Assembly: GCA_036867785.1 (NCBI GenBank)
Contig: CP145421.1
Coordinates: 868,001 to 932,000 of the forward strand
From: Plasmodiophora brassicae
Lineage: Eukaryota
Length of the DNA stretch: 64,000 nt
Direction of reading: 5' to 3'
The notes under the pieces were generated by a model. That model was not told the DNA's origin, did not search any database, and saw nothing but the letters and a program-made list of their open reading frames with translations. Shown one piece after another: positions 63,034-64,000 of this stretch. The position numbers and the translations under genes were made by a program. Every line of letters starts with the position of its first letter. Within the stretch, counting starts at the first letter, position 1.

Positions 63034-63309
63034 CAACGAGGTGATCCGGGGCGTCGTCCTGTAACTTGTAACGCGGACGCGAAACGTAAACACGCAGTGA
63101 ACAAGCCGCACAATAATGTTGAAGCGGCTTATGTTTGCAAAACGGGCACGGGTTCTTTTGTTTTTGCGCCAGGCGACGCCGCGTCACGGAGAACGCTGCG
63201 ACTGGCAGCTGCTCCCGGCGCCCCCGGTCCCCACGGGTCTCACACCGCCCATCGCAGCAACGGGAGTTCGACTCCGAGGTTCCGTCGAATCAGGGCGCGC
63301 ATTTTGACC

Positions 63310-63732
63310 ATGGCGTCGTCGTGGGCGATAGGAACGGCGACGCCGGTGCTGTCGGCGCCGCCGGCAGCGAAGCAGGCAGCGGGTGCGCCAGCTGTGAAGC
63401 AGACGCCACGCGGGGCACGTCGCGCGCTCGGGGACCTGACGAACCGGCAAGGTGCGAAGGCGCCGACGACGACCGACGGCAAGGTCGGCGTCGACGGCGA
63501 CGACATCGAGCACGTGTATGGGAGTTCGGAGCCGGCGCCGTTCGACGGCGGCATCGACATCCAGGATTACATTCGTCGAGTGCGGTCAGGCGTCGTACAC
63601 GAGGTGCGGCCGCCGTCACCCGTCGTCGTACAGGCGATCCCGGTCGACCTGCCCAGCGACCTCTTCGACGACCTGCCCGACTTTGACGATGGGTACGAGG
63701 ACGAGATCATTGAACCTCTGCCAGTCGACTGA
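63310..63732 (+). CDS. Small D-box protein, securin-like candidate
   Basis: 140 aa; RRALGDLTN destruction box; DDIEH motif; acidic C-terminus. Confidence 0.45.
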   Translation: MASSWAIGTATPVLSAPPAAKQAAGAPAVKQTPRGARRALGDLTNRQGAKAPTTTDGKVGVDGDDIEHVYGSSEPAPFDGGIDIQDYIRRVRSGVVHEVRPPSPVVVQAIPVDLPSDLFDDLPDFDDGYEDEIIEPLPVD

Positions 63733-63785
63733 TAAACGGTATTTATAACACTCTGCGAAATTGGCAAGACGACGATGGCCGGAGA

Positions 63786-64000
63786 TTACTCTGCACGTTC
63801 TTCAGCAGTGGCCCCGCGTAGGACGGTGATCCACGCCTGGTAGTCGGCATCGTCGGTCGCCTCGAAGACATACTGCCTGTCCCGGGTCATGATCGAGAAC
63901 GCGTGCGGGCGGCCGTCGATCGCGGTGACGAGCGTTGCACCCGCTAGTGCAATGGCGCCCAGGCAGTGAATCGAGTGCCCCTCGGGGATATCCTTGAAGT
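63786..64000 (-). CDS. PH-domain protein, 3' end (truncated by window edge)
   Basis: FKD...LGAIALAGA...RPHAFSIMTRDRQYVFEATDDADYQAWITVL, a typical PH C-terminal helix with Trp. Confidence 0.8.
   Translation of the reverse strand, partial: FKDIPEGHSIHCLGAIALAGATLVTAIDGRPHAFSIMTRDRQYVFEATDDADYQAWITVLRGATAEERAE

Overview
This is gene-dense, GC-rich eukaryotic nuclear DNA, not prokaryotic. Genes carry many short (mostly ~45-65 nt) spliceosomal introns and sit close together. Flagellar genes (CCDC39, LC8 dynein light chain, TTLL) and secreted effector-like genes suggest a flagellated protist. The style is most compatible with a phytomyxid such as Plasmodiophora brassicae, but that is inference only. 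About 30 protein-coding genes and one tRNA-Thr(CGT) can be supported. Housekeeping genes include MCM3, LAS1, Elongin A, SCAPER, RPIA, an ACSF2-like synthetase, GH31, GT61 and a mucolipin. The most notable item is an intronless PPR-E-DYW gene with an intact cytidine deaminase signature, i.e. a plant-type organellar C-to-U RNA editing factor in a non-plant. Other highlights: (1) a head-to-head paralog pair, plus a third relative, encoding an unrecognised surface protein family (signal peptide, Cys domain, coiled coil, glycine zipper, TM anchor); (2) tandem secreted class-3 lipases with a ~120-130 aa insertion, and a catalytically dead pseudo-lipase; (3) a 55-bp near-perfect hairpin; (4) a tiny TSD-flanked retroposed insertion; (5) a TH1-PTEN fusion; (6) a WDR59 lacking its WD40 half; (7) a bacterial-type GNAT with introns; (8) several splice oddities. 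Exon boundaries and starts were inferred by eye and family calls come from recalled motifs; no database searches were run.
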